From the sequence record PQ015379.1: a stretch of 64,000 bases of DNA; one strand, written 5' to 3'. The notes below the pieces were generated by a model, which had not been told where the DNA came from, searched no databases, and was given only the letters and a program-made list of their open reading frames with translations. Shown here piece by piece: positions 1 to 9,454 of this stretch (positions within the stretch are counted from its first letter, which is position 1; each line of letters opens with the position of its first letter). The position numbers and the translations under genes were made by a program.

Positions 1-1
1 C

Positions 2-121
2 TGTTCGATTTCCGTGCTGGCGCAGACGCGTAGCAGCTGGGATATTCGGGAATCGATGGAGCTTCTGAAAAACGAACACGGCGATTACCGCTGGCTGATC
101 CATGCGAGGATTTTCCTGTGA
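2..121 (+). CDS. 3' end of a hypothetical protein (partial)
   Basis: Open frame from window edge to TGA overlapping the next GTG (GTGA). Confidence 0.6.
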   Translation, partial: CSISVLAQTRSSWDIRESMELLKNEHGDYRWLIHARIFL

Positions 122-570
122 GCAGCTTTACCACACCGCTGGTTGCGGAATTTGAAGACGACGGAATTCACTACGTCATTTGGCAAATCTTTGCCTACGC
201 AATCGGCATGCTTGGCTCTGGCATCGTGGTCAGTGTCCCGGTCGGCTACCGCACCGATCTGGCGTCCGTGCCGTGGTGGATTCGCTGGCTGTTGCCGCCG
301 AATGGGAAGTACGGGAAAGCAGCGGTTATTCACGATTACATTTGCTCGTACAGAACTGTAAATATGAATGGTCGGTCGGTGTTCGTCACACGTAAAACGG
401 GCGACCTGATTTTCCTCGAAGCCATGGGCGTGCTCAACGTGCCCGCGTGGCAGAAATATCCGATGTTTGCTGCTGTTCGTGCTTACGCAATCGTCACCGG
501 CATTGATCGTGCCGACGCCAAGAAAGCTGCGAACGACCCAACCTATTTCACCGACGTGCTGGCCGCGTGA
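118..570 (+). CDS. DUF1353 domain protein
   Basis: VPVGYRTDLASVP...YGKAAVIHDY...D.IFLEAM motif typical of DUF1353. Confidence 0.85.
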   Translation: MSSFTTPLVAEFEDDGIHYVIWQIFAYAIGMLGSGIVVSVPVGYRTDLASVPWWIRWLLPPNGKYGKAAVIHDYICSYRTVNMNGRSVFVTRKTGDLIFLEAMGVLNVPAWQKYPMFAAVRAYAIVTGIDRADAKKAANDPTYFTDVLAA

Positions 571-579
571 GGATCTAAA

Positions 580-999
580 ATGGCTGACGAAAAGCTGGAT
601 AAGAAAGAACTTGCGGCCCGCATTGGTGAATTGATGAAACAGCACGCTGAATCCGGCCAGCCAAATGACAATTCTTTCGAGGCACTCGGGGCCACGATTG
701 CCCAAGGCATCGAAATGATGGCTTGGGGACCACGGCTCGGTGCCGGGCGTTGGCTTCTCTTTCTGAACGCGCTGAAAACGAATGACGTGACGGCGCTGGA
801 AAAGGCTGATGAAGATTACGACATGCGCTGTCGTGTATTCATCACACGCTTTAGCCTCGACGAAATGTGGGATCACACGCACGGCTTTGATCGGCCAGAA
901 TTTCGCCAGCAACTTGAGGATCAGGGGTTGCCCGTCACCTTTACCAATCTCGCCCGCGCCGAGCTTGCGCGTATCGCCAAAGAACAGGAATCAAAATGA
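580..999 (+). CDS. hypothetical protein
   Basis: RBS GAGGA, tiles in operon. Confidence 0.75.
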   Translation: MADEKLDKKELAARIGELMKQHAESGQPNDNSFEALGATIAQGIEMMAWGPRLGAGRWLLFLNALKTNDVTALEKADEDYDMRCRVFITRFSLDEMWDHTHGFDRPEFRQQLEDQGLPVTFTNLARAELARIAKEQESK

Positions 1000-1343
1000 A
1001 AATCTCCCGCGAAAAAGCAAAACAGCTGGCTTCCCAATCGGCGGCCATGATGGGCCTTCCGGCGCAAATTCAAATCGTGCTGGATTCGGTGATCACGCAT
1101 CTGGTTTGCGTTACCGAAGATTACAAAAACAATCGCCTCGAAATCGTGCTGGGCCTCAACAACCCGGAACCGAGCGCGCATATCCGCCACATGGCCGAAC
1201 AGGGCACGCTGTACTGCGTGTGGCAGGGCCAACACATGCTGCAAGGCCCCGCGTTTTACCCGGACGATAACGAAACCGGTTTGGAGCACTGGGAAGTCGA
1301 GGCCTACGACAGTTATCTGACCTTCTACGTCGAGACGGAATAA
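996..1343 (+). CDS. hypothetical protein
   Basis: ATGA overlap with upstream gene. Confidence 0.75.
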   Translation: MKISREKAKQLASQSAAMMGLPAQIQIVLDSVITHLVCVTEDYKNNRLEIVLGLNNPEPSAHIRHMAEQGTLYCVWQGQHMLQGPAFYPDDNETGLEHWEVEAYDSYLTFYVETE

Positions 1344-1901
1344 ATGGCAAGTTACCTTTGCGCCGATCTGCATTTGGGGCACCGCAACATTCCAAAATAT
1401 CGCGGCTATGAATCGTTGGAACAACACGACGATTTGGTTTGCGAGAACTGGATCAACACCGTGCGTTCGAACAAGCGCGATACCACCTACGTGCTGGGCG
1501 ACATTGCCTTCAGCGAAGAGGGCTGGCGCCGCTTTGACGATTTGCCCGGTCGCAAAATCGTGATCCTTGGCAACCACTGCACCGAATACAGCAACGCGGC
1601 ATTCATCGCCTCGCTGAAAACTGTAAACAGTGTTCATAGCATGTACAAGCACAAGGGCTGCATCATGTCGCATGCGCCCCTGCATCCCGATCACCTGCGT
1701 GGCAAACGGAACCTGCATGGCCACCTGCATTCGCACTTTGTGCAGGATCGCCGGTTCTTCAATTGCTCGCTGGAACAAATCGACATGCGCCCAATTCCGA
1801 TGGAAGAAGTTTTCGAGGAATTCGAGCGTCGGCAATCGCTGCTGTACGTGAAGCGTAAGCTGGGCATCAAAGCAGCGGTACGGGCGGTGATGAATGGCTA
1901 A
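1344..1901 (+). CDS. calcineurin-like metallophosphoesterase
   Basis: DLHLGH, LGD, LGNH, HAPLH, HGHLH metal-binding motifs. Confidence 0.9.
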   Translation: MASYLCADLHLGHRNIPKYRGYESLEQHDDLVCENWINTVRSNKRDTTYVLGDIAFSEEGWRRFDDLPGRKIVILGNHCTEYSNAAFIASLKTVNSVHSMYKHKGCIMSHAPLHPDHLRGKRNLHGHLHSHFVQDRRFFNCSLEQIDMRPIPMEEVFEEFERRQSLLYVKRKLGIKAAVRAVMNG

Positions 1902-2247
1902 AAAGAAAGACGAACGCCAGCAGTTTTTGGATCAGCTGAAAACCGCGACCGTGGATGAAACGTTGTTCCGCCTGTGCCACAAGCGCGGGTTTATTCAGGG
2001 CAACTATTATAGCCATCGCACCCGGACCACTGACCCCGAAGATTTGCTGCTGGTTGTTTCGGTTTTCTCGCACCAACATTCTTTGGAACTTCCTGCCGAT
2101 ATGGAAGTGGTTGGCCAACATGATGACAACGTGTTTATTCCGATGCGTGTCGTCCGTTACGAACGTTTGATGGTCGGCGATTCTGGCGGCTATTGGTATC
2201 TGGTAAAGCTTCAGGGCGACACTAGCCGCTGGGGCAGGAGTATGTGA
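1894..2247 (+). CDS. hypothetical protein
   Basis: Tiles in operon. Confidence 0.7.
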   Translation: MAKKKDERQQFLDQLKTATVDETLFRLCHKRGFIQGNYYSHRTRTTDPEDLLLVVSVFSHQHSLELPADMEVVGQHDDNVFIPMRVVRYERLMVGDSGGYWYLVKLQGDTSRWGRSM

Positions 2248-2248
2248 A

Positions 2249-2659
2249 ATGAGCGAACACGTTGACGGCATGAATTCCGCGCACGGTGCACCATACGGCG
2301 AACAAATCGCCAACGTCCCGGCGCACACACACGAAGAAAATGCACGTAAGTTTTTCGAACAGCATCCGGAACAGGCAGTTTCCCGTATTCATCGCCGTGG
2401 CGATAACCCGGTGTTTGTCCACTACGAAGATATGCCGTATCTGTCCGAAAACCCGAGCGACAAACTCGATAAAATTCTGGCCAAGATCGAGGATGAAGGC
2501 GAATACGTTCCGACCTACGAAGAACTGGCCGACCATTTCAACCAAGGATTGATTGCTGAAGGCCGCCAGCCGGTATTCAGCGCTCAAATGCTGGCTGCGC
2601 AGAGTGCTGCTGAACTGCGCAAAAAGCAAAAAGCCCGCAAGAAAAAGAAGCGTAAATAA
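2249..2659 (+). CDS. hypothetical protein with basic C-terminus
   Basis: Tiles in operon; ends KKQKARKKKKRK. Confidence 0.7.
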   Translation: MSEHVDGMNSAHGAPYGEQIANVPAHTHEENARKFFEQHPEQAVSRIHRRGDNPVFVHYEDMPYLSENPSDKLDKILAKIEDEGEYVPTYEELADHFNQGLIAEGRQPVFSAQMLAAQSAAELRKKQKARKKKKRK

Positions 2660-3001
2660 ATGGAGATTCTCATGTCGCTCAATCAAACCCCTTACGTCGG
2701 TGCCCTGACTGCTTTCAACAACGGTCGCGTGCCGATGACCGTTCACAACGTGATCCGTGCAGGCGAGGACGGCGAAGGCGAAGTCGAAAATGTGCTCTGT
2801 GTGTATTTCACCGACAGCAACCAGCTGCAATACGCTGACGGCAAGCCGGAAAATTTCATCGGCTTCGGTGAAAGCCTGATCTTCGAAGCCGGTGTGTTCA
2901 CTGGCGCGTTCAACAACGCGGTGGACGACGAAGAAGAGGAAGAGGAAGAAGAGGAACTGGAAGACGAAGAACCTGCCAACAACGGTTCCGCTGCCCAGTA
3001 A
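2660..3001 (+). CDS. hypothetical protein with poly-acidic tail
   Basis: DDEEEEEEEEELEDEE near C-terminus. Confidence 0.75.
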   Translation: MEILMSLNQTPYVGALTAFNNGRVPMTVHNVIRAGEDGEGEVENVLCVYFTDSNQLQYADGKPENFIGFGESLIFEAGVFTGAFNNAVDDEEEEEEEEELEDEEPANNGSAAQ

Positions 3002-3041
3002 TTCCACGGGCCAAGGATGGCCCAACCACTGAGGATTTTTC

Positions 3042-3368
3042 ATGTCTCTTTTCCAATGTGAACACTGTGGCTGCTGTGAGAATACCGCACTGGCTGCCCA
3101 AGGCTTCAAAGTCAGTTTCATGCAGCAACTTTTCGACTGGTCGTATGCGCCAGAACGCAAAGGTAAACTGCTGTGCAGCGCCTGCGGCCCCGTGAAGTAT
3201 CGTAGTGGCGAGCCGACCGAGTACGGCAAATGGCACGGTGAATTCCCCCGCAATTTCCTGCCGATGGGCCAGTTCAAAACCAACGACCGTGGGAACCTCG
3301 AACACATCGAGCACGGCAACGAAGATTTCATGGCTTACGAAATTCCCAAGCCTGATCACATCAAATAA
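3042..3368 (+). CDS. Cys-rich (probable Zn-binding) phage protein
   Basis: CEHCGCC...CSAC; RBS GAGGA. Confidence 0.75.
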   Translation: MSLFQCEHCGCCENTALAAQGFKVSFMQQLFDWSYAPERKGKLLCSACGPVKYRSGEPTEYGKWHGEFPRNFLPMGQFKTNDRGNLEHIEHGNEDFMAYEIPKPDHIK

Positions 3369-3371
3369 ACC

Positions 3372-3653
3372 ATGAACGAATACATCGTTTTGTTTGCGGA
3401 CGAAGAGCATGCAGAACGTGCCGGGCTGCATGCCCGTTACCTGACGGCGGTCAATCAGTTGCAGGCCGTGCGTCTAGTTCTCCCCTTCCTCCCGTGGGGC
3501 GTTATCCGCGAAAGCGTTTCGTACGCGCACCTTGTGGGAAATCATTATGAACATAAAGCGGTTTCTTCTGAGCATTCGCGTAGCTTTTTGCACAGCGTCA
3601 CCCGAGCAGCCGCCGACCTCAACCTCATTCCCGTGCAAATCAACCAGTGGTGA
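3372..3653 (+). CDS. hypothetical protein
   Basis: Tiles in operon. Confidence 0.65.
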   Translation: MNEYIVLFADEEHAERAGLHARYLTAVNQLQAVRLVLPFLPWGVIRESVSYAHLVGNHYEHKAVSSEHSRSFLHSVTRAAADLNLIPVQINQW

Positions 3654-3657
3654 TTCC

Positions 3658-4014
3658 ATGAACAGCGAAAAGCTGGCAAGCATTTATGCGAAACTGAGTG
3701 AAGAAGTCGATGAACTTCACGACAAGTATGAAGGTCTGAAAGTTGATCCCACGGCGAACCCGGCTGACCGTATGCGTCTGCTGCGTTTCCGTTGTGCAGC
3801 CGGGCCGCGTGACTATTCTGTTTCGCCCCACTACACCGTCCCTTACCTGCTGTACGAAATCAACCGTAAGCGCAACGAAAAGCGCGACCTGCTGCATAAA
3901 ATCATGTGGCTGCACGACACAGCGGCGCACAAACAGTTGCTCGACGTTTTGCAAGGCGAAGAGGCACTGGCACAGATGACCGCCGATGCCCACGCACGCG
4001 GTGAATACGACTGA
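3658..4014 (+). CDS. hypothetical protein
   Basis: Start moved to MNSEKL after upstream stop. Confidence 0.7.
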   Translation: MNSEKLASIYAKLSEEVDELHDKYEGLKVDPTANPADRMRLLRFRCAAGPRDYSVSPHYTVPYLLYEINRKRNEKRDLLHKIMWLHDTAAHKQLLDVLQGEEALAQMTADAHARGEYD

Positions 4015-4598
4015 AAAAGTGGACCGGCGTCGGGTCACAGAAAACCCCGTTAGTGGTTTGTGAAATCGCAACGGAATTTGCGCGGACAAAACCGAAATCG
4101 ATTATGCGATCCGGTGCCGCCAAAGGGGCCGATGAAGCTTTCGAAAAGGGTGCCAAGCATGCGGAAATTTACCTGCCTAATCGCGGGTTCCGTGGGCACC
4201 AAACCGGGATATACGAATACACGCCTGAACAAACCGCGTGGGGTGAATATCTGGCGCAGAAAGTTTACCCTGTGCTGATTCAAAACCAGATGCATATGCG
4301 GCTGTTCCGGCGTAACGCCTTTCAAGTGGTTGGACTATCGACCTGTGTTGAAGATTCCGACCCTTCAGAATTTTTGATGTGCTGGACGCCCGATGGATGC
4401 ACCAGCCCGTCTACCTACATGCGCGGTCGTACCGGGGGCACCGGGATCGCGATCATGATTGCATGGGAATTTGACGTTGAAATTTGGAACCTACGACTGA
4501 AGCCGCACATGAAAAAAGTGCTGGGTCGTCTGGATGATTTCGGCGTCGATATCAAACCTTACAAACAGCGGCTGATGGCCGAGGGACTTTACGGATAA
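4011..4598 (+). CDS. SLOG/DprA-like (Smf) nucleotide-binding domain protein
   Basis: WTGVGSQKTP, RSGAAKGADEAFEKG, CWTPDG, GGTGIAI motifs; first motif lies upstream of the tracked GTG, implying a CTG start. Confidence 0.8.
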   Translation: MKKWTGVGSQKTPLVVCEIATEFARTKPKSIMRSGAAKGADEAFEKGAKHAEIYLPNRGFRGHQTGIYEYTPEQTAWGEYLAQKVYPVLIQNQMHMRLFRRNAFQVVGLSTCVEDSDPSEFLMCWTPDGCTSPSTYMRGRTGGTGIAIMIAWEFDVEIWNLRLKPHMKKVLGRLDDFGVDIKPYKQRLMAEGLYG

Positions 4599-5188
4599 TG
4601 TACGTCAACGAAATTCAGTGGGAACTTGCACAACACGCCGCCCGCTACCAGACCGATATCGGGGTGCTGACGCAGGCCGAAAAGATCAAGCATTTCGCGT
4701 TGGTTGTTGGTCGTATTTCCAGCGACTACCAACTCGAAGAACTTCTCACGTTTTCGCGTCATGGGTTCGACCTGTTCTACAACATCATGATGTTCGCGAA
4801 CTACATGAACATGGACATGCTGGCGCGCAATCGTTCGAGCATGGATTATTCCGGCTGCGAAACCATGGAAGACTACGTGGAAGCCTACCTGCCCGAAGTC
4901 AACCTGATGGAAATCCGCATTGACCTGATTATCCAGATGGGCACTTTCTGCAAGATCGCCGAAGCGACCGACCACATGGAACCAATGAATTTCCGGGCCG
5001 AAGTTACCAAGGTCGTCGATGCCCTGTATCACATTGCGTGGCGCATGATCGCCAGCGAAGGCGACGGCCAAGAGCAGAACATTTCCAAAAACTTCGAGGC
5101 CTACATGGTTCGCAAGGAAAAGAAAATGCACCAGTGCTCATACAAGGGCCATTTCTCGCTGGATGCCGCCTGCTACATGCCTTTGTGA
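4598..5188 (+). CDS. all-helical hypothetical protein, possibly NTP pyrophosphohydrolase-like
   Basis: Helical pattern with KIAEATDHME; fold call is tentative. Confidence 0.35.
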   Translation: MYVNEIQWELAQHAARYQTDIGVLTQAEKIKHFALVVGRISSDYQLEELLTFSRHGFDLFYNIMMFANYMNMDMLARNRSSMDYSGCETMEDYVEAYLPEVNLMEIRIDLIIQMGTFCKIAEATDHMEPMNFRAEVTKVVDALYHIAWRMIASEGDGQEQNISKNFEAYMVRKEKKMHQCSYKGHFSLDAACYMPL

Positions 5189-5195
5189 GAACGCC

Positions 5196-5471
5196 ATGGA
5201 ACTGACTTTCGTAAAGCAAAACGAGTTCGCGATTTACGCATCGATGCCCGGTGCCTACGTGATGGCCTACGTCAAAAACGAACGGCATGTTGAACTACAC
5301 CTAGGCACTAAAAAATTGAAAAACATTGTGCTATGCACTGCCCGCGATAACCGTACGAAAACTGCCCGCTGTTTCCGTACGTTGGACGCCGCCGCGAAAA
5401 CGGCCCTCGAAATGCAAGTCAGTGAATTTCTTGTGGTGCGTGACGATCCAACCCGACCGGATGCAATCTGA
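5196..5471 (+). CDS. hypothetical protein
   Basis: Start at MELTFV; R.FRTLDAAAK motif. Confidence 0.65.
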   Translation: MELTFVKQNEFAIYASMPGAYVMAYVKNERHVELHLGTKKLKNIVLCTARDNRTKTARCFRTLDAAAKTALEMQVSEFLVVRDDPTRPDAI

Positions 5472-5473
5472 TC

Positions 5474-5920
5474 ATGGGAACCCCAATGCTGACCACAATT
5501 AAAAACTGGATCAATCCGCCGATCCGCCGTTTCAACATTGAGCATTGCCCGTGCTGCTGGCGCTCCATCCGCAAGGAAATGACACGCGGCCAGCAGCGCC
5601 GCTGTGTGATCACCCTTGGCACCCGCCCGAAGACGCAGATTTTCAACTGTGGTCGCTGCAATGGCCAAGCCGAATACCACGGAGAACACAACGAAACCAA
5701 ACTGGTTTTCAAACGTGTTCTCCGTCCGCTGATTTCCGTCATTCACCGCGACGTGATTCAGATGGCGGAAGACGCGCAGTCCAAGTACAACATCGCACTG
5801 TTGACCACCATTCAGCGTGGCCACCGGCCCGATACCACCGACTTTTCGAAGCTGAATCGAAAAGAAATTCTCAAGGCCATCAAACGTCTTGAGAGCCGCA
5901 CCAAAAATATCAAAAAGTGA
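5474..5920 (+). CDS. Zn-ribbon-containing hypothetical protein
   Basis: CPCC...CGRC. Confidence 0.65.
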   Translation: MGTPMLTTIKNWINPPIRRFNIEHCPCCWRSIRKEMTRGQQRRCVITLGTRPKTQIFNCGRCNGQAEYHGEHNETKLVFKRVLRPLISVIHRDVIQMAEDAQSKYNIALLTTIQRGHRPDTTDFSKLNRKEILKAIKRLESRTKNIKK

Positions 5921-5927
5921 GCGTAAC

Positions 5928-6254
5928 ATGGACGATATGATTACCCCCGAAAGTGCGATGCGCGTTATGGATCGTGTGAACGATCATTTCGTCTACGAAG
6001 GGCTTCCGCAAAAGCTGGAAGACATGGTGCCACTGGTGCAGTTCAATGCCTGCGCCGGGGAATTCGGCCTCGAATTCTGTGGCATGTGCATCTGGCACAC
6101 CGCCTGCGACGATCAGTATATTTCTGAAAACGCGCTGGAACATTTCGTGTTGGCCCGCATCGCAGAAATGCGTAAGGTGATCAACCACGTGACCATCGGC
6201 ATTCCTAATCCGATCACGGATCTGGTGGCCGATCCCGCAGAAGAGAAACTGTAA
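5928..6254 (+). CDS. hypothetical protein
   Basis: Start at MDDMIT. Confidence 0.7.
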   Translation: MDDMITPESAMRVMDRVNDHFVYEGLPQKLEDMVPLVQFNACAGEFGLEFCGMCIWHTACDDQYISENALEHFVLARIAEMRKVINHVTIGIPNPITDLVADPAEEKL

Positions 6255-6295
6255 ATATCTCATGCTTGATCGCTGTATGTTTCACCGTTGAACCC

Positions 6296-6351
6296 GGTGG
6301 CGCGGTAAGCGCCACCAACCCACTAAACAAGACTGTTGCGCGGAAAGCGCA
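6296..6351 (+). promoter_or_regulatory. two-hairpin 5' leader upstream of the 339-aa ORF
   Basis: GGTGGCGC-GGTAA-GCGCCACC and TGCGC-GGAAA-GCGCA abutting SD AGAGGA. Confidence 0.5.
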
Positions 6352-6360
6352 GAGGACTTT

Positions 6361-7380
6361 ATGCGTTTTAAATTTGATCGTTCTGTTTTTGAAAACCCTG
6401 CTGTTTACGAAACCGTGGTGCAGACCCTGCTGATCGGCTACGCGAAGAACGTTAACCGCCTTGCGGAACAGGCGAAGAACGGCTCGCAATTCGACGTAAA
6501 CGTGATCCTGTTCGGGATTACCGAGGCGTCCGCAAAGATCCGCGCCAGCGACACGTTCAAGGGCACCAACTACGTGAACATTCGCTGCGTCGGCGCTGAT
6601 TCGGATCTGAAAGAACTGGGCACTTTGTTCCAAACTAACCGGTTCAACGGCCACGTGATCGTCTGCCCGGAAGTCGAACACGCACGGGATCACGTGTATG
6701 TGATTCTTGCGCAGTTGCTCGATAAAATCGGTAGCGACCTCGACCATCGCGCCGGGCGCTACGACCGCGATTTCAAAACCGTGCTGCCTAACCGCCAAGT
6801 CGAATCGGATTTGCTGTGGGCAATGTTCGAACAGTGGAAGATGAAGACCTACGGCGCACATCGCCAAGTTCTGATCGAAAATGCCAACTACCGTTTCACG
6901 AAATATTTCGACTTCGGCAAGGGCGAAGATTTCTTGGCGCGCCAAGCCGGGTTGCGCAAGGGCATCGCCACCGGTGACGAACCGAAAGACGGCAACCAGT
7001 TCGCACCGCCTCACGAACTGGACCCGCTGAAAACTTTTGATGCGATGATCGATCCGTACAAACGTATCGACTACACCAATCTGCACCCGGTGCGTATGGG
7101 CCGTGACTTTACCCAACTGCGCATTTCCAGCCTGCGTGAAGTTGTAGACGCTGTGTGTCCGTACGGCGTGGGCATCATGACCGCCGAACTCGAAAACCCT
7201 TCGGTGCGTACGCTGTGCCTCGACGATAACGTTGCGTGGAATATCTTCAAAAATTCCATCAACATCGGTTCCTACTATCCGCAGGAATATCAGGCCGGTG
7301 AGGGCTGCGCCGCCGAGTACGCCGGGGACCGCGACCGCGAAGTGCAAATCGTGCACATGGAAGAAATTTCCAAGAAATGA
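6361..7380 (+). CDS. hypothetical protein (339 aa)
   Basis: Good RBS, strong codon bias; no family recognised. Confidence 0.85.
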   Translation: MRFKFDRSVFENPAVYETVVQTLLIGYAKNVNRLAEQAKNGSQFDVNVILFGITEASAKIRASDTFKGTNYVNIRCVGADSDLKELGTLFQTNRFNGHVIVCPEVEHARDHVYVILAQLLDKIGSDLDHRAGRYDRDFKTVLPNRQVESDLLWAMFEQWKMKTYGAHRQVLIENANYRFTKYFDFGKGEDFLARQAGLRKGIATGDEPKDGNQFAPPHELDPLKTFDAMIDPYKRIDYTNLHPVRMGRDFTQLRISSLREVVDAVCPYGVGIMTAELENPSVRTLCLDDNVAWNIFKNSINIGSYYPQEYQAGEGCAAEYAGDRDREVQIVHMEEISKK

Positions 7381-7426
7381 TGCGACTGGGCCAAGGACGG
7401 CCCTTTCGTTTTTGTGAGGGAACATT

Positions 7427-7714
7427 ATGCAAACTTTTAAAGAGCGCGGCGTTTCTGTCGTGGCTTTTATCGAGCACTGGACGTTCATCGGTGAACGCTA
7501 CGGCTGGCGCTACGCCGGTACGCAGCCCAAGGATCTTTCACACACGACTGATCCACTGATCGAAGCCAGACGACTGTGCCGCCTTTGGCAAGATAACGAA
7601 AACCGTTACAAGATTCGCGACCGTGATCCGTTCGGAATTGAAACCAGTGAACAACTAGGTTTTCTGTCAGTCGATCAGCTGGCAAGCATCATCCGGAGGG
7701 CTAACACATGTTGA
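7427..7714 (+). CDS. hypothetical protein
   Basis: RBS GAGGG. Confidence 0.7.
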   Translation: MQTFKERGVSVVAFIEHWTFIGERYGWRYAGTQPKDLSHTTDPLIEARRLCRLWQDNENRYKIRDRDPFGIETSEQLGFLSVDQLASIIRRANTC

Positions 7715-8163
7715 TTTTTCTGCACCGGCATCCGATGCGCCTTTCTGAGCCGACACACCTGCTGACTGCCCAGCAGATTTTGCAGCTGGACCGCGACAAC
7801 GTTCCGCATCGGCAGTTCTGCCACGATTTCATGGAATCGACTTTCGATTTCACCGATATGCAGTGCCGCTACGAGGACATGCGATATCTGGAAGAGATTT
7901 TGTTGGTCGCATTTCAGATGCAAAATATCAGCAACCAACTGACGGTTCTGCGCTGTCTGCTGCGCCGCCGTTTCTGGTTGAAAAACTGGCACCGCCTGCG
8001 TGACCTGACCTATGCCCGGATTTTGCGTGAAGAGGGCGAGGCCAAGGCCAAGCGTCGGCTGGTTGGATTATTCGGAGAGGTGTGCAATGTCGCAGGCCCG
8101 CTTGGACCCTACACTGCAAAGTTTAGCTGGAAGGACCGTATTTCACGGTCTGCAAATTGTTGA
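7708..8163 (+). CDS. hypothetical protein
   Basis: Tiles; overlaps next gene by about 77 nt. Confidence 0.6.
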   Translation: MLIFLHRHPMRLSEPTHLLTAQQILQLDRDNVPHRQFCHDFMESTFDFTDMQCRYEDMRYLEEILLVAFQMQNISNQLTVLRCLLRRRFWLKNWHRLRDLTYARILREEGEAKAKRRLVGLFGEVCNVAGPLGPYTAKFSWKDRISRSANC

Positions 8164-8524
8164 AGACCCGTCGCACCTGCAAATCGTGCGGCACCTGCGC
8201 GAACGCAAATGGGCGCATCGGAAAATGTGGAATCGAGGCAAACGTTTCAACGTGACCACGACCTACAAACCCTCGCGTACGGTTCTGCGATTCGACGACA
8301 AATTGGTAATGCATCCGGCCCTCGCGGCTGAAGTGCGCGAAGCCATTGCCACCACGAAAAACCCCGGCGATCTGCCACAATTAACACCGTATTCCATGAG
8401 CGCCCGCGTGGCCTCGGAACCCGAACCGTGGATGCCATCCGCTGGCCGCAATCGCAACATTCTCGACCCGTATGCCATCGGCATTCCAATCCGCCCCAAC
8501 AATTCCATCATCAAAGGATTCTGA
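8087..8524 (+). CDS. hypothetical phage protein
   Basis: RBS GGAGAGG before MSQARL. Confidence 0.65.
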   Translation: MSQARLDPTLQSLAGRTVFHGLQIVEDPSHLQIVRHLRERKWAHRKMWNRGKRFNVTTTYKPSRTVLRFDDKLVMHPALAAEVREAIATTKNPGDLPQLTPYSMSARVASEPEPWMPSAGRNRNILDPYAIGIPIRPNNSIIKGF

Positions 8525-8527
8525 AAA

Positions 8528-8833
8528 ATGATCATTGGCAAATTCCATTTGGGCATCACCGACCACCAGACCCTCGAAATTCCGGCACCTGCCAACATCC
8601 GCTCGGTGATCATGCAACCTGACGCTTTCAACCACGAAAACGTGGTGCTGTACGCGGAAATGGAAAAAGGCGCGGAAATTCTGGAACGCAAAATCCGCAT
8701 GTACGGCACCGGTCACGAAATGGACGATGTTGTCGGCAATTTCATCGGCACCGTGAGCACCGAAGGGGGCCAGCTGATCTGGCACGTTTACGACGTGACC
8801 GACTACGACGCGGAACTGCATTACCGCCCATGA
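8528..8833 (+). CDS. DUF7352-like phage protein
   Basis: YGTGH...FIGTV...GQLIWHVY pattern. Confidence 0.6.
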   Translation: MIIGKFHLGITDHQTLEIPAPANIRSVIMQPDAFNHENVVLYAEMEKGAEILERKIRMYGTGHEMDDVVGNFIGTVSTEGGQLIWHVYDVTDYDAELHYRP

Positions 8834-9042
8834 AAAAGATCAAGGATCACGAACACAAACCGTGGTGCACGTGGTGTAAGGCCCAAGGCAAAGAAGTCGC
8901 GGCCCTGTGGCGCCAAAGTGCACACGGTGGAACGTGGGCCTGCTATGACCACCAAAAAGATTTGCAGGAACGAGAAAAGAAAATGGCCAAGGAAGATTCC
9001 TACATGACCGAGGCCGATTACCAGACGTGGGGTCGCCTGTGA
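8830..9042 (+). CDS. small Zn-finger protein, paralog A
   Basis: CTWC...WAC..H, ends MTEADYQTWGRL. Confidence 0.8.
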   Translation: MKKIKDHEHKPWCTWCKAQGKEVAALWRQSAHGGTWACYDHQKDLQEREKKMAKEDSYMTEADYQTWGRL

Positions 9043-9248
9043 AACGGTTAAAAGAAAATCAGAAATACGGGTGCACGTGGTGCAAGAAAGAAGGCCGCAA
9101 GGTTCCAGCCATCTGGCGTGAGCGTGGTTTTGCCGGTTCGTGGGCCTGCGAGAAACACCGCCCCGATCTGGAAAAGCAAGAACGCGAAGATGCGGTGCGT
9201 GAATCCCGCATGACCGAAGCCGATTATCAAACGTGGGGTCGCTTATGA
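9039..9248 (+). CDS. small Zn-finger protein, paralog B
   Basis: CTWC...WAC..H, ends MTEADYQTWGRL; GTGA overlap. Confidence 0.8.
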   Translation: MKRLKENQKYGCTWCKKEGRKVPAIWRERGFAGSWACEKHRPDLEKQEREDAVRESRMTEADYQTWGRL

Positions 9249-9454
9249 AAAATCCTTTCCATTTGATGGATGCTTACCGCTTCCAACGTGATGTAGAAAT
9301 CACCCGCATGCGGAAGTGCATGGGTGACATTCTGAGCAGCGACAAAACGGCGTTGGCCAAGCGCAAGGCCTATTGGAAAGCCAGTCGCAAAATCAACGCA
9401 AAAATCTTTCCACGTGGCAAGAATTTTGCCCTTCACTATGAGCGCCCACTATGA
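9245..9454 (+). CDS. hypothetical protein
   Basis: ATGA overlap. Confidence 0.65.
   Translation: MKNPFHLMDAYRFQRDVEITRMRKCMGDILSSDKTALAKRKAYWKASRKINAKIFPRGKNFALHYERPL

Noticed and set aside
2926-2970. GAA/GAG runs as microsatellites (also about 33960-34050 and 62520-62545)
   Set aside because: They are in-frame codons for poly-Glu tracts; treated as a protein feature rather than a DNA repeat.
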